Positions 49,102 to 59,067 of a stretch of 64,000 bases of DNA are shown here, piece by piece. Source of the stretch: Thermoproteota archaeon (GTDB lineage Archaea > Korarchaeota > JAOZGF01 > JAOZFZ01); assembly GCA_027492035.1 (NCBI GenBank), contig JAOZFT010000020.1:1-64000 (forward strand), written 5' to 3'. Every line of letters begins with the position of its first letter. Positions within the stretch are counted from its first letter, which is position 1. The position numbers were made by a program, and so were the translations under genes. The notes under the pieces were generated by a model, which had not been told where the DNA came from, made no database searches, and was given only the letters and a program-made list of their open reading frames with translations.

Positions 49102-49464
49102 ATGCCTAAGGTTCCGTCCTTTATTTTAAAGAAGTTATATGTAAAAAACTCTCTTAAGAACTTGGAGGATGGCTTCCAATTTGAAATAAAAAACGTTTTA
49201 GCGGATGCTACAATAAACGCACCTATCGAATTAACTGTAGACAATAAACCTGTGGAAAAGGAGAAAGTGACTTTAGTTATAGGGGGTAAGGAAATACCTT
49301 CTGGACAGGTTTCTTCCTCTAGTCCTTTAAAGTTCCCTGTTCAAACTTTAGTGCAAGTAAAAATCGAGGATAAACCTCTAAGTTCAGGAAAACATAAAAT
49401 TGAAATAAAGACGAATTCTCAAGAGTACGGGGAAATTTCTTTCTCGGTAAAGGGAGAAATCTAA
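49102..49464 (+). CDS. Conserved small beta-sandwich protein, unknown function
   Basis: VPSFILKKLYVKNSLKN..GFQFEIKN; strong GGAGGTG SD; follows the RLP gene. Confidence 0.8.
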   Translation: MPKVPSFILKKLYVKNSLKNLEDGFQFEIKNVLADATINAPIELTVDNKPVEKEKVTLVIGGKEIPSGQVSSSSPLKFPVQTLVQVKIEDKPLSSGKHKIEIKTNSQEYGEISFSVKGEI

Positions 49465-49575
49465 AGTTTAACTTTAGCAAAATCTCCCTCTTTTTTTTCA
49501 ATTGCACTCTCTAAAACTGTTAAACCATTAAAAGTTGAATTTTTCCAGAAAAGTACTTGAATAATTTAAGGTGTT

Positions 49576-50331
49576 TTAAATTAACCCTATTCTTTTACAG
49601 ATTTCTTTCACTGACACAAAGGCAGGGGAGTCGCTGGGCAAATCCAGTAATGATTTACCTTCCATTAAATAAGTCATTACGTTTTCATCTACAGGCACTA
49701 TACCCGCCACTTTTAAACCTATTTTTTCAGCCTCTCTCTTCAACATATCCTCAACTTCTGGAGGGAATTTGTTCCCTATCAAAAGAATTTTTCCAACTTT
49801 TATGTGCACCTCTTTAGTTAACTCCTTTATTCTTCTAGCTGTTTCTAACCCTGTTTTTGAAGTATCTGTTATAACTAGTAAGAGATCTACATCATGATCT
49901 GTTCTTCTGCTTAAGTGCTCAAGTCCTGCTTCCATATCTAACAAAACTATGTCGTAGTTTTTCTCTATTTTATCTATAATGGAGGCTAGGACAGAATTAA
50001 CGTAACAGTAGCACCCTTCACCCTCTGTCCTCCCCATCGCTAATACATCAAACCTCGTTGTTTCTTTAAGTGTTTCATAGATCCATCCTTCCAACAAGCT
50101 GTCCTTTGCTACGTACGCTAAGGACCCGTCTTCCAAGCCTTTACGGAATTTGTTAACTACCTCACCTACTGTTTTTTCCAGGTTTAGGCCTAGTACGAGT
50201 GGTACATTTGTTGACGGGTCTGCATCTATTAAAAGGATTGCTTTATCTGTGTTTTCAACAAGCGCTTTCAAAATGAGGCTTGTTACTGTGGTTTTTCCTG
50301 TTCCTCCTTTACCTGAAACCGAAATAATCAT
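49576..50331 (-). CDS. cooC: CooC/AcsF-type nickel-insertion ATPase (MinD family)
   Basis: SGKGGTGKT, IDADP, GEGCYC, DMEAGLEHLSR, GNK. Confidence 0.9.
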   Translation of the reverse strand: MIISVSGKGGTGKTTVTSLILKALVENTDKAILLIDADPSTNVPLVLGLNLEKTVGEVVNKFRKGLEDGSLAYVAKDSLLEGWIYETLKETTRFDVLAMGRTEGEGCYCYVNSVLASIIDKIEKNYDIVLLDMEAGLEHLSRRTDHDVDLLLVITDTSKTGLETARRIKELTKEVHIKVGKILLIGNKFPPEVEDMLKREAEKIGLKVAGIVPVDENVMTYLMEGKSLLDLPSDSPAFVSVKEICKRIGLI

Positions 50332-50500
50332 TTCTCCGTCACTTCCTTTAGTTTTTAACTGAAACCTTACTCTTTAAGAGCTTCGTGGGGAAGGGCACTT
50401 TAAAGAGGTAGGTTTATTTCTAATTTTATGTTTTGTTACATAAAGTTAAAAATTTTATGTTTTTGGTTACATTTTTTAAAAAGAACTTGAACATCACCAT

Positions 50501-52444
50501 TTAAACAACTACTTCCATTTCATCTTGTTTATTTTTTAATGCATTCTCTAAATCTTCAGCAGCAAAGTCTAAACCTAATTTTCTCAATGTTTCTGGTTTA
50601 GGTATACCTTCTAACGTCCAACCGTGGATTTTATAGTTTCTGTCAAGCATCTGATCAAACTTGTCCCTGTGAAGTTTTTCTCCCTTATAAGGACCTGATT
50701 TGATAGGTTCATTGAAGAACCTTTCTGGTGGATAATCATCCTTCCTTGTAAAACCCGCATGCAAGAAATTATAGGTTCTTTCAAGGTTGTGAATTCTCTC
50801 CCCTATCTGCATCAATTCTTCTGAACTTATATCCCAATTTAACGCAGCTGAAACTAGGTCTGCGAGGTCTTGGGGAGTAAGGAGGTCAACGTCATACCAT
50901 ACAGTTGAAAAGAAACAAATTCCCAAACTGTTCAGTACCGCATGTAATTTTTCATGATAAGCAACCAATTCAGCCTTTCCCTTATAAGTGCTTGGGTTAG
51001 TGGCTGTTGCAACTCCATATATTTTTAAAGCAGTCTCAGGAGATATTTTTTCATAAGTGTGCTCCACTATAGGTGAACCGCTGCAGTGTCCTCCTCCTCT
51101 AGTAGATAAGGCAGCTCCTAAAGCCCATCCTTTAGGCATACGCATTGTTTCGTAAAGGTCTTGTTTTTTCATGGCAATAGCGTATTTCTGTGACTTTCTC
51201 CCTACCTTTTCAGCTGCTCTCTTCACCCCTTCAGCCAAAACGTTTCCGAACCCTTCCCTGAAAGCAATCTTCCTTATAAGCTCCATTAATGTTTCATGAT
51301 TTCCCCAAACAAGTTTTAACCCATCTGTATCCTTTTCTGTCAGTATTCCTTTTTCATAGCATTCGTAAGCCCAGGCAATTGACTCCGCAGCTGTATCTAT
51401 ATCTATTCCGTACTGGTTGCAGAGGATGTGGGCTTTTATTACAGCTGGTACATAGTAAATTTCAAGTTTACTTGCGAAGTCAGCTACAGAATTTGCTTCA
51501 ACAGCTTCTCCTTCTGTACCTGTATACGGTCCCTCATTTATTTTGTAATAGGCTCTGCACCCTATAGGGCAGGAGCTACAGCTTAATTTTTTCACTTCAT
51601 ACTTTCTGAATTCTTCAGGGCTGACTTTTTCCAGTTTTTCAGGTTCTACGTATCCATTTTGGAAATGCTTTACTGGGTTGCTGCAAAGTTCATTCTTTCT
51701 TTTCATGGCGGAAATCGTGCGAAGTTCGTGGAGTCTCTTGGTTGTCCGTGACTTTTCAACCTTTTTCCATGCTTTTTTAACTAGTTTGTTGAATTTCTCC
51801 GGGTTTGCAACCTCCACTTCACCTGTGCCTTTGACAGCTACTGCTTTCAAGTTTTTAGACCCCATAATTGAACCTAGTCCGCATTTGGCTGCTGCTCTAG
51901 CTTTATTGACTATTACAGCAGCTCCTCTTACCAGTTTTTCCCCAGCAGGGCCTATTGAAGCAACTTGTACATTTCTGCCCAGTTTCTTGCGTAAAGTATC
52001 AACTGTTTTCCATGTTGTTTTGCCCCATAGTTTCGTTGCATCTCTTATTTCCACTTGTTCGTTTTCAATCCATAGAAAGACGGGTTTGTTTGCTCTACCT
52101 TTAATTATAATGTTTCCAAAGCCTGCTGCTTTCAGTGCTGGCGCAAATTCCCCTGCAGCGTTTGCTGATCCAACTCCGTTGTTGAAATAATTTTTTGAGT
52201 CAACATTGAGCCTTACAGCTCCTGGAGCCCTTGTACCCACTAAGGTTCCTGCACCTAAAAGCAACGGGTTTTTAGGATCTAAAGGATTTGTTTGGGGTGT
52301 TGTTTCTCTGTAAAGGAAATACTGATTTAAGCCCCTTCCTCCAAGGAATTTTCTGTAATATTTAACTGTTTCATTGGTTACATAAACTTTTTCTTTTCCA
52401 AGATCCACCCTCAAAACTTTCCCAAGTACATTTTCTAGGCTCAA
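50501..52444 (-). CDS. Second tungsten aldehyde:ferredoxin oxidoreductase family enzyme
   Basis: LGGRG, SIGPAGE, GSIMGSKNLKA, CSSCPIGC, GIDID, RGGGHC, DDYPPERFF. Confidence 0.93.
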   Translation of the reverse strand: MSLENVLGKVLRVDLGKEKVYVTNETVKYYRKFLGGRGLNQYFLYRETTPQTNPLDPKNPLLLGAGTLVGTRAPGAVRLNVDSKNYFNNGVGSANAAGEFAPALKAAGFGNIIIKGRANKPVFLWIENEQVEIRDATKLWGKTTWKTVDTLRKKLGRNVQVASIGPAGEKLVRGAAVIVNKARAAAKCGLGSIMGSKNLKAVAVKGTGEVEVANPEKFNKLVKKAWKKVEKSRTTKRLHELRTISAMKRKNELCSNPVKHFQNGYVEPEKLEKVSPEEFRKYEVKKLSCSSCPIGCRAYYKINEGPYTGTEGEAVEANSVADFASKLEIYYVPAVIKAHILCNQYGIDIDTAAESIAWAYECYEKGILTEKDTDGLKLVWGNHETLMELIRKIAFREGFGNVLAEGVKRAAEKVGRKSQKYAIAMKKQDLYETMRMPKGWALGAALSTRGGGHCSGSPIVEHTYEKISPETALKIYGVATATNPSTYKGKAELVAYHEKLHAVLNSLGICFFSTVWYDVDLLTPQDLADLVSAALNWDISSEELMQIGERIHNLERTYNFLHAGFTRKDDYPPERFFNEPIKSGPYKGEKLHRDKFDQMLDRNYKIHGWTLEGIPKPETLRKLGLDFAAEDLENALKNKQDEMEVVV

Positions 52445-52549
52445 TAAAGTTTCATCTCCGGAAAAATTTCTGAGAAAACCTGTAGATTTATGGACTCGTT
52501 AAAAAGCCTTTGTTAGGATTTTAGATAATCCCCTTGTTAAACTTGATTT

Positions 52550-53092
52550 TCACCACTGGTTTAAATGCAGAATTTCATTTAGCGGCTTTCTTTCATTTAC
52601 TTCTCCCTTTTTCTCAGCTGGGTAACCTATGGGTAACATTGCAAGTACCCTTATATGTTTCGGAATCCCTAAAGCCTTTTTGATTTTTTCTTCATTAAAT
52701 GAGCAAACCCAGCAAGATGCTAACCCTTCATTAGCAGCTGCTAATACAATATGTTCAGTTATTATTGCTCCATCGACTTTCCAGAAAGATTCACCGTCGC
52801 TTCTTGTCCAGCTTTTTGAAGGGTCGACGCAAACAACAATTATTACAGGAACCTTTTTTAACCATTCATTTGCGTAGATATCTCCCAACTGAGTAATTTT
52901 CTCCTTATCTTTAACAACTATTAAATGCCATGGTTGGTAATTGTAAGCTGAAGGAGCCAAACGCCCCGCTTCAAGAATCCTTTTTAACTTGTCTTCCTTG
53001 ACATCCTTTTTTTCATAACTTCTTATGCTTCTCCTTTTCCTTATTACTTCATAAAAATCCATTTCGCAAAACCTCCCGGAATAAAGGGGCAT
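52550..53092 (-). CDS. Nitroreductase family flavoprotein
   Basis: RRSIRSY, LAPSAYNYQPW, GLASCW, IGYP, RKPL. Confidence 0.93.
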   Translation of the reverse strand: MPLYSGRFCEMDFYEVIRKRRSIRSYEKKDVKEDKLKRILEAGRLAPSAYNYQPWHLIVVKDKEKITQLGDIYANEWLKKVPVIIVVCVDPSKSWTRSDGESFWKVDGAIITEHIVLAAANEGLASCWVCSFNEEKIKKALGIPKHIRVLAMLPIGYPAEKKGEVNERKPLNEILHLNQW

Positions 53093-53165
53093 ATTCCCTA
53101 AAAAATCTTTCTTTTCTTAAGAAAGGTTTCTACTTCAAATTTATTTGTGTGTTCCATTAAAGGAT

Positions 53166-56078
53166 TTACTCAAGGTAAAGAGCAGGTTTTCCAGGCAGGG
53201 CTCTGCTGCTTTTTTTTGCAGGGTCATAAATTGGTTGTTCAGCTTTCTGGATATTAAGCCTTAGATTAGTTTGTTTTTCAATGTAGCTCTTTGTTTCTTT
53301 CAAGGTTTTGACTTCTTTTTCTTGTGTAGATAGCCAAATCCACTGCCCAGTTTTTGCTATTGTTTGAATTATTTTCACAACTTCTTTTCCATGCTTTTTT
53401 ATTTCTTCCTTCTTCATAAGTTCCTTAGTTAAGGTTTTGGGGTCAAGTTTCCTGGTTTCCATATAGATCTTCTTTATTTCATTCATTAACTTAAACTTCC
53501 AAGACTCTGCCACGTAGACATAAACATTGTTTGGTTTCTTCCCTAGAAGCTTGCTTATGGCATTGATGTCATCAATTAAGCTGTCAACGAACCCCATAGA
53601 CTCTTCCACTTCTTCATTAATGAATTCTTTTTTTGCCTCAGGCCAAGAGGAAACTGAAACAAGTTCTTTATGTCCAAGTTTCTCCCAAATTTCTTCAGCC
53701 ATGTGTGGAGCAAATGGAGCCAAAAGTTTAGCCCAAACATTTAGTACATTCCACATTACGGGATTGGTTGCTTCTTCGTTTTTCCTTTCCGAAACAGCTG
53801 CAAGGTATTTAGAGACTTCAAGGTCGAAAAGGTAAAAAACGTGATGAAGAGCTTCTCTCACTCTACACTCTTCCAAAGCTTTTGTTGACGCTTCTATATG
53901 TTTTTGAACCCTTGAAAGCAACCATTTGTCCCACATGGCTAAGTTACTAGGTATTTCTTTATTTTTAACCTTTGAAAACTTCTTTGTTAATTCATAAATT
54001 TTTTTAAGTCTTGAAATAGTTGATTTAGCTACTGTTTCGCTGAAGTCAGCGTCTGATAAGAGTTCAGCTGAACCTAGGATTGATAATCTTAAAGTATCTG
54101 CACCATAAGTTTTAATTGCTTCCTTTATCGGGATTATGTTGCCTAAAGTTTTGCTCATTTTCTTCCCGTTCATAGTAACTGAACCATTAACCACTATTTG
54201 TTTAGGCCAGTGTTCCCGTTTGAAAATTGCTAAATGGTTGAAAATGAAAAATGTTAAATGGTTCCAGATGAGATCTCTTCCGCTATTTCTTGAATCTAAA
54301 GGGTACCAGTACTCGAATTCTTTCCTCATTCCAGAAAGAATCTCTTGTGGAATCCCTGTTTCTTCAGAAATCTTTTCAGGGTTACCTTTTCCAAGGAAAA
54401 CATAATCAAATACTTTGTTATTGAAGAGTTTCCCTTCCAGCTTGAACTTGTTTATGTATTTAGCTATAGTGTAATAAGCCATGTAAATTGTTGAATCGCT
54501 TAAACTTTCAATTATCCAATCTGGATCCCAGGGGAAACGTGTACCTAAACCGCTCCTTCTTGCGCAAGCTCTTTCCTTAAGCCAATCAACGCAATCATAG
54601 AATTCACGCTTCACTTCATTAGGGATAATTCTCAATTCACCTAAGTAATCCTTTACCATTTTTTTCCATTCAAGGTTTCCGTAATCTATAAACCATTGAT
54701 CCTCCACCACTTTTACAATTACTTCTGTTCCGCATCTACAGTAAACAGGTGCATTCGTCAATTCATAAAACTTTATAGCTTCTTTCTTTTTTTCAAGATC
54801 TTCTTTAATTTTCTCCTTTGCTTCTTGAACCTTTAACCCTGCGTATTTACCGGTGTTGCTTTTCATCACTCCAGCATGGAATTCTTTACTGTAAATTAAT
54901 TTAGTGGCTTCCTCCAGTTTAGGGTCGCCTTGATCCTTTATTTTAAATTTTTCAACTGCATCACGGGCTGGAAACTCAGAAAATCCTTCAATTTTAATCA
55001 GTGAGATAGGTTTTATGGCTTGCACTTCATCCATGTTCAAGTTAAACTTTTTCATTTCCTTTATTTTTTTCTTTAAATCTTCCAAGGCTACGTAGTCGTA
55101 AGGGGCATGGCCGGGTACAGACATAACTAATCCTGAGCCGTAGTTGGGATCAACAAACGAAGCTGGCAAAACTAAAACTTTATCTCTAGTTAAGGGGTTA
55201 ATAACTTTCTTTCCTACAAGTTCATTGCCTTGAACATCAGAAATCGGTTTTACTTGGTGAGTTTGAGACTTAAGCTTTAAAACAGCCCTTTCAGAAGTTA
55301 TCCACTTTTCACCGTCAACTTCAACTAGTTTATAAGTAACTTCTGGATTAACCCAAATGTTAGTGACTCCTAAAGTTGTTTCAGGCCGGTAAGTAACCAC
55401 TGGAATGAAAACATTCTCGTTTTCAATTTTAAATTTTATAAGTGTGGTTTCCTCTATTTCAGGCTCCACATCCCCTATTGTGTCGTGCTGCCCCACAGCG
55501 TTTAAGCAAGAGGGACACCACCCTACAGGGTGCTTTCCTTTAACAATGTATCCTTTCTCTTTCAACTTATGAAATTGCCAAGTAATGAATTTACTGTAGA
55601 CGGAATCGATTGTTGTGAACTCCCTTCTCCAATCAATGGAGAAACCCATTAGTTTCATTCCTTCCTTTATTTCGTCCCTGAAATAATTTGCCACGTTCAA
55701 TGGTTCAGTGAAAGTTTTTATTTTGTCCTCAGGCACATGGTAAAGTTCACGGAAAGTCTTTATCAGTTCTTTATCCCCTTTCCTTACTCTTTTAGCCATT
55801 GCTAAAACAGGGGTTCCTGTAAAATGGAAAGCCATAGGCAGCAAAACATTAAACCCTTCCATTCTCTTAAATCTGGCATATACGTCCGTTAAAGAATAAG
55901 TTCTGCCATGTCCTATATGTTGAGGGCTGTTAGGGTAAGGATAAGCTACAGTGATGAAAAACTTAGGTTTATTTGACACCGGGTCTGCCTCAAAAATTTT
56001 TTTCTCAACCCAAACCCTCTGCCACTTAGTTTCAATTTCCCTCATTAACTTAACAAAATCTTTACTCAAAAGGAACAC
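53166..56078 (-). CDS. leuS: Leucyl-tRNA synthetase (archaeal type)
   Basis: AYPYPNSPQHIGHGRT, SIDWRREF, SVPGHAPYD, ESLSDSTIYMAYY, KMSKT, PGKPALY. Confidence 0.97.
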   Translation of the reverse strand: MFLLSKDFVKLMREIETKWQRVWVEKKIFEADPVSNKPKFFITVAYPYPNSPQHIGHGRTYSLTDVYARFKRMEGFNVLLPMAFHFTGTPVLAMAKRVRKGDKELIKTFRELYHVPEDKIKTFTEPLNVANYFRDEIKEGMKLMGFSIDWRREFTTIDSVYSKFITWQFHKLKEKGYIVKGKHPVGWCPSCLNAVGQHDTIGDVEPEIEETTLIKFKIENENVFIPVVTYRPETTLGVTNIWVNPEVTYKLVEVDGEKWITSERAVLKLKSQTHQVKPISDVQGNELVGKKVINPLTRDKVLVLPASFVDPNYGSGLVMSVPGHAPYDYVALEDLKKKIKEMKKFNLNMDEVQAIKPISLIKIEGFSEFPARDAVEKFKIKDQGDPKLEEATKLIYSKEFHAGVMKSNTGKYAGLKVQEAKEKIKEDLEKKKEAIKFYELTNAPVYCRCGTEVIVKVVEDQWFIDYGNLEWKKMVKDYLGELRIIPNEVKREFYDCVDWLKERACARRSGLGTRFPWDPDWIIESLSDSTIYMAYYTIAKYINKFKLEGKLFNNKVFDYVFLGKGNPEKISEETGIPQEILSGMRKEFEYWYPLDSRNSGRDLIWNHLTFFIFNHLAIFKREHWPKQIVVNGSVTMNGKKMSKTLGNIIPIKEAIKTYGADTLRLSILGSAELLSDADFSETVAKSTISRLKKIYELTKKFSKVKNKEIPSNLAMWDKWLLSRVQKHIEASTKALEECRVREALHHVFYLFDLEVSKYLAAVSERKNEEATNPVMWNVLNVWAKLLAPFAPHMAEEIWEKLGHKELVSVSSWPEAKKEFINEEVEESMGFVDSLIDDINAISKLLGKKPNNVYVYVAESWKFKLMNEIKKIYMETRKLDPKTLTKELMKKEEIKKHGKEVVKIIQTIAKTGQWIWLSTQEKEVKTLKETKSYIEKQTNLRLNIQKAEQPIYDPAKKSSRALPGKPALYLE

Positions 56079-56348
56079 CTAAAAGAGAGGAATAGGGATG
56101 TATTTCATTAAAAACAGAAGGAGAATGTATAGTTTAAATATATGAAAGGGAAAATTAAAAGGTTCCTTGTTTAAAACAATTCCGGCAAGTCAAGCCCCTC
56201 CTTTAAAAAGTTAAGGAGGTAAGGTTCCCATCAATGCTTATTTAAATTTTTTGTTTCCTATACAGTTATTAATTAGGAAAAATTTCAGCAGAGGAGGACA
56301 GAGTAGCTAGGAGAGAAGGAAAATTGATGATTAAGGAAAAAGAGGAAC

Positions 56349-57149
56349 TTATTGCAGAGAAAAATGTTTTAATTTTTCGTTTAAGTAATCAACTAAACTG
56401 TTTGTTTTTTTCACTGCGTGAAAGTTCAAATCTAAACCTGTCACAGCTATCTTCCCCTCCCTTTTTATGACATATACATCTGTGCCAGGTTCACCTTCAT
56501 AGAAATCCATTCTCCAACTCTTTAGAGTGTAAATGTTCTCCCATGCCTCCCTAAAAATGTCTTTGTAAACAGTATCAGCTATTTCAGCAAATACGGCCTC
56601 TGCTTTCTTCAATTTTGAGGGTACATTGATAGAAATAATTTTAACCTTAGGAGGCATTCCATTCCTAAAGACATAATTAACGGTATGTTCCAAAACAAAG
56701 GATGCAGCTTTGAACGCAACTTTGCTCCTAACCTTTACGTCACAATACGAAACAGCTATTGAAGGTATTTCGTGAAGAGCAGCTTCCAAGGCAGCGCCTA
56801 TAGTGCCTGAATTCAAGTAGTCCTCCAATCCAAGATTAGGGCCCAAATTAATGCCTGAAACTACCAAGTCAGGCCTAAATTTAAGTAATTTATAAAGGGC
56901 AAGTAATACGCAGTCGGCAGGTGTTCCATCAACACAAAAACCGTCGTTTATTTTCACTACTTTAATTGGTTTTGTAAGGGTTAAGGCTTTACCCATTCCA
57001 CTTTTAGGGTTGAAAGGAGCAACCCAAGCAAGTTTAACTAATTTTTTAAGGGTTTCCTTAGCTAACTCTAAACCTACAGATCCTACACCGTCATCGTTAA
57101 CCAACAAAACCTTTCTCAAACTCATCAACTCTTCAACAGACAGAAACAA
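56349..57149 (-). CDS. surE: SurE 5'/3'-nucleotidase
   Basis: LLVNDDG, DGTPADCV, VVSGINLGPN, SGTIGAALEA. Confidence 0.93.
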   Translation of the reverse strand: MFLSVEELMSLRKVLLVNDDGVGSVGLELAKETLKKLVKLAWVAPFNPKSGMGKALTLTKPIKVVKINDGFCVDGTPADCVLLALYKLLKFRPDLVVSGINLGPNLGLEDYLNSGTIGAALEAALHEIPSIAVSYCDVKVRSKVAFKAASFVLEHTVNYVFRNGMPPKVKIISINVPSKLKKAEAVFAEIADTVYKDIFREAWENIYTLKSWRMDFYEGEPGTDVYVIKREGKIAVTGLDLNFHAVKKTNSLVDYLNEKLKHFSLQ

Positions 57150-57710
57150 CGTGTCTTTTTACTTCAGCGTCTTCAAAAACCAGAAAAGCAACTCTCTTTT
57201 TCATGGAACCGGTTCTGTTAACTTATTGTTGGTGAAGTGAAAGAATAAAAAAATTATTGAATTTCTCCCCTACTTCATTGGAAATAAACTTTGATAAACT
57301 TAATTTGATAACACATTGGTTCTCTTATTAAATCCCTTTACCATTTTCCAATCTCAAATTGATTCCGCAAGCTTCGGCAGGTGTTTTTACAAGATTTCAG
57401 AAATCTCTTCGCAACAGAAATGTAAGCCTTAACCATTTGGTAGAAATACTTTCTCAGTTTAATTTCTTTGATGAACTTGCCTATTAACTCACAGCGTCCT
57501 TGCGGCGTAAGCTTCTTTAATATTCAGGCCAATAACTGATTATGTGAGTATTAAAAAATTTTATAAGAAGAACTTTATAAAAGTTCGTTTTAACCTCTAA
57601 ATTTAGAAGATTATGTGAATAAAGGTTTGTGAAATAATTGTTGTCCGAAATTGCGGCGACGGGAGAAAAAATTAAAAATAGATTACATACATTAAGTGAG
57701 GTGATCAGGG

Positions 57711-57941
57711 ATGGTCATATTAACGGCGATAATTCACAAAGAAGAAGATATGTATGTTGCTGAGTGCCCAGAAGTTGGAACTGTAAGTCAGGGTAAAACT
57801 ATAGAAGAGGCAATTTACAACCTGAAAGAAGCAACAGAATTGTATCTTGAAGAATTCCCCCTGGAAGAGAAAGAACATCCGATTCTTACGACTTTTGAGG
57901 TATCTAAAGTTATGGGAGCAGAGAAAATTGCCAAAGCTTAG
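57711..57941 (+). CDS. hicB: HicB-family antitoxin
   Basis: YVAECPEVGTVSQGKTIEEAIYNLKEATELYLE. Confidence 0.93.
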   Translation: MVILTAIIHKEEDMYVAECPEVGTVSQGKTIEEAIYNLKEATELYLEEFPLEEKEHPILTTFEVSKVMGAEKIAKA

Positions 57942-58158
57942 AAAGATTTCTGGGGAAGACGTAGTTAAGATATTACATAACAAATTTGGCTTTCAAATAA
58001 CAGGGAGAAAAGGTAGTCATGTTAGATTATCCAAAATGACGCCTAGTGGAAAAGTTGGGACTGTGGTTCCAATGCATAAAGAACTAAAGATAGGAACCCT
58101 CAGGGGTATCTTGAAGCTTGCAAAGGTAGATATTGATGAATTCTCTAAGTATCTATAA
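57928..58158 (+). CDS. hicA: HicA-family toxin (probable TTG start at 57928)
   Basis: MPKLRKISGEDVVKIL..GF..RKGSHVRL..VVPMHKELKIGTLRGIL. Confidence 0.93.
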   Translation: MPKLRKISGEDVVKILHNKFGFQITGRKGSHVRLSKMTPSGKVGTVVPMHKELKIGTLRGILKLAKVDIDEFSKYL

Positions 58159-58209
58159 GATTATGTCGTCACCCGCAAATTTCAGCTCCGCTCCGGTGCT
58201 AGCGCACTA

Positions 58210-58303
58210 GGACAATAGGGAGATATGTGGCTTCGCCTTCGACTATGCCCCAATCTGCTCCATTACTGTCCCGCAAACTTCACATATCCTCAAAACGTTA
58301 GGC
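58210..58303 (+). repeat. attC-like site 1
   Basis: R''-like GGACAAT (AAC changed to AAT); arms GATATGTG/CACATATC; R' GTTAGGC at 58297-58303. Confidence 0.7.
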
Positions 58304-58353
58304 GTAATTCCTGCGCGCCTCAAAGATCGAAAGCTTTATAAATATTTTTTAGA

Positions 58354-58590
58354 TTGGCAAATATTATGATAGTAGAAATTGTATTAAAAAACGAACCAAG
58401 TTTGGAACTTGAAGGCTATGAAAAAATAGAGCTTCCGAACGGAGCAATTTTTGCAAACCCAGTAGAAAAGAGGGTAGAGATAGTTGTGAAGAAACATCCA
58501 GATGGTAGAGTTAGTATATTTACAGACAAATCAGAAGTGATAAAATCAGTAGTGCAACTTGGAGAAGTTGTTGATATTCACGCAAAATAG
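58354..58590 (+). CDS. Orphan cassette protein (probable ATG start at 58366)
   Basis: Intact ORF between two attC-like sites, preceded by CTTTATAAATA. Confidence 0.75.
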   Translation: MANIMIVEIVLKNEPSLELEGYEKIELPNGAIFANPVEKRVEIVVKKHPDGRVSIFTDKSEVIKSVVQLGEVVDIHAK

Positions 58591-58644
58591 GTCGGCGCGC
58601 TCGGAACTTCTCCGTTCGCTTTGCTCACTCCAATTCTTTGGGAT

Positions 58645-58739
58645 GCCTAACAGCGGTTACGAGGAAAATCTGTACTTCGTTTGATTTTTTCCCAAATCGC
58701 TCTTACGAGCAACTTCTCGTAACCACAATAATGTTCAGC
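58645..58739 (+). repeat. attC-like site 2
   Basis: R'' GCCTAAC at 58645; arms GGTTACGAG (58655-58663)/CTCGTAACC (58716-58724); R'-like GTTCAGC at 58733. Confidence 0.75.
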
Positions 58740-59067
58740 GGCAAGAATACCCAAATTTCGCCTTGCAGAATATAAAACTCCAAAATAATAACAACCCTCT
58801 AGAGCCCACGACACCCTTAAAATTTGTGCTTGGCGAAACTTCGCGCAACAGGAAATTAAGCGGTTTAACTTTGCTTCCAATTGTTGTTGGAATTTTGACA
58901 TTTGGAATAAAGCTTATTAGTAGTTCTAATTCAGAAATCTCAAGAGCGGGCTTCTGGTTGTTGCGATTTATAGTTGGTGGTATCTCATTTGCGGTTGCTA
59001 TGTAACTTTTCGAATTGACTGTGTTATACGCGACGATTTGCTATCTTAAATACTTTAGAACGAGAGA

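Noticed and set aside
56160-56230. Hairpin CCTCCTT..AAGGAGG upstream of leuS as a T-box or ncRNA
   Set aside because: No T-box, C/D or H/ACA motifs recognisable; a single stem is insufficient.
57847-57927. N-terminal extension of the listed HicA ORF
   Set aside because: It overlaps hicB; the HicA-typical start MPKL begins at TTG 57928.
58647-58901. 84-aa minus-strand ORF (likewise 59182-59376 and the 5' half of 58763-59005)
   Set aside because: They run across attC-like hairpins and have no protein-like features; treated as shadow ORFs.
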